A DNA stretch of 64,000 bases from Podospora anserina (taxonomy: Eukaryota): the NCBI GenBank assembly GCA_017654855.1, contig CM030332.1, positions 2,728,001 through 2,792,000 of the forward strand. Direction: 5' to 3'. The notes under the pieces were generated by a model. It was not told the origin of the DNA. It was given only the letters and a program-made list of their open reading frames with translations, and ran no database searches. Shown in pieces: positions 62,576 through 64,000 of this stretch (its first letter is position 1; every line of letters starts with the position of its first letter). The position numbers and the translations under genes were made by a program.

Positions 62576-63333
62576 TTACAAAGCCATAACAGCACCCAAA
62601 AAAGCCAACAACCCCATCCCGGAGCCGACAACAGCACCGGGAACGGCAGCGTTGCTGGTCACGCTAGCCGGGGCGCCAGTAGTAGTGGGGTTGCCCCCCT
62701 GGTTGTTGGTAGTGCCGTTCCCGCCTTCCTCGCCATCATCATTGTTGTCATCGTCGTCGTTGTTGTTGTTGTTGTTGTCAGAGTTGTTATTGCTGTTGTT
62801 ACCAGAGTTGTTGCTGTTGCCATTGCCAGAGCTAGAGCCACCAGTGGGCTTGGGAGCAACACCGGGAGTGGCGGTGTAGTAGTGGGTGGCGACGCAGGCG
62901 TTGTAGCACTGGCCGTAGGCGAGGTTGTCGGCTTCGGTGCCGTTGCCCTTGGGGCATTCGGAGACGCACTTGTTTGTGGCTTCGACCTAGAGGGCACGCA
63001 GGTGTTAGTCATCAAGGTTTGGTTGGTTGTGGCTTGGGATAATAAAGTTTGTGGTTATATATGTGGGACAACCACAAAAGGGGGGTCTCTTAGGAGGGAG
63101 ATATGACGACGTACATCTTGCTCGCCGGGGTTGGGCACTGGGTTGCACTTGGCCGTGCAGTTGACGTCGCCGGGGGTGCAGGCGTTGATGCAGCGGAGGA
63201 TCTCGGCCTGCTGGGAGTTTTGGGCGGCGGTGGCTGGGTCGATGGAGGTGTTGACCGGGACGGTGGTGGAGGTGCCCTGGGCGCTGGCGAGGGCGGCGAG
63301 GGCGCCGGTGAGGATGAGGGATGTGACGCGCAT
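62576..63333 (-). CDS. Small secreted GPI-anchored protein with an 8-Cys N-terminal domain and Asn/Asp-rich stalk
   Basis: Signal peptide MRVTSLILTGALAALASA; CINAC..DVNCTAKC / NKCVSECPKGNGT...YGQCYNAC; Gly/Asn/Asp/Thr linker; hydrophobic C-terminus SNAAVPGAVVGSGMGLLAFLGAVMAL; intron 62987-63114. Confidence 0.9.
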
Positions 63334-64000
63334 TTTGGCTGTGGTGTTGATGTTGATATTAAGACAATAAAGTGAGGGTTTGTTTACTTTAAAGAATGTG
63401 TCAAGATGGTAGCGACAGTATTATTAGGAAGAGAGATCCAACACACAGCAGACAGGCAGTACAAGACTGATGATGATGATGATGAAGAGATGAGGAGAGG
63501 GAAGACGAAAGAATGAGAGCCAAGGGGAGGTTGGAAGGTGGGAGTACTAAATAGCCAGCTACGTTATTGCGGCTTGCGCCTTCGCTTCTTCGCTCTCAGC
63601 CAGCCAACACCTTTTGGTGTGGTCTCGCATCCCCATGCCATTACCATGATACCCACAAAAAAAACAAAGAGGGAGAGGCTAGGACATGCAACCCTCGGGC
63701 GGTGATGGGCGTTTGCTTGGTCTGCCAATGCGTGAATAGCTGTAGGTACCAAGGTACCCTTTGACCGTGACGACGGTAACCCTTCTCCCCCAGTCCACTC
63801 TTTTTCAAACACGAGGGGGGGGTCATCCCTCCAGTCCTCTCTTTCTCTCTCAAGCGTTTCCCATTCCCTTCCCGCTCCATCCAATCTTCGATTGGCGCGG
63901 CGCGGCACACACACACACACGGCGGGGAACCCGACAGGCGGCAAGGGCTCCCTCTTCCAAGGGGGAGGCGTGAAAGATGTGGTGGTGGTTGTTGATTCTA

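Noticed and set aside
1..64000. tRNA, rRNA, snRNA, CRISPR arrays and transposons
   Set aside because: No cloverleaf/T-loop context, rRNA or snRNA signatures, spaced repeats, TIR/LTR pairs or AT-rich RIP blocks noticed by eye; tRNAscan-SE, Infernal and RepeatMasker would be needed to exclude them formally.

Overview
Intron-containing, gene-dense euchromatin of a filamentous ascomycete (Sordariomycetes, probably Sordariales; Podospora-like by composition, which is an inference). Sixteen protein genes can be reconstructed: the 3' part of a giant leashin-like (Woronin-body tether) gene, a Zn2Cys6 transcription factor, an uncharacterised 834-aa protein, uroporphyrinogen decarboxylase, a GNAT acetyltransferase, a DUF3602/Par32-like protein, the velvet regulator VelB, a DH-BAR-SH3 RhoGEF, telomerase reverse transcriptase, an MBOAT/wax-synthase-like acyltransferase, molybdenum cofactor sulfurase, Cdc6/Cdc18, methylmalonate-semialdehyde dehydrogenase, calnexin, methylthioribulose-1-phosphate dehydratase and a GPI-anchored Cys-rich protein. 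I found no tRNA, rRNA, CRISPR array or recognisable transposon, and no clearly novel multi-gene system. The most notable signals are around TERT: an out-of-frame uORF that overlaps the start codon and is tied to a period-13 repeat, a FYVTD variant of the T motif, and TAACCCTAA at an intron donor. Also notable are an MCB-like CGCG array upstream of cdc6, a TGTCA cluster upstream of the C6 factor, SYGGRG sites upstream of the MMSDH gene, and a 9-kb gene-free tract upstream of velB containing a candidate unannotated spliced transcript. Splice models were read by eye and are not transcript-verified.
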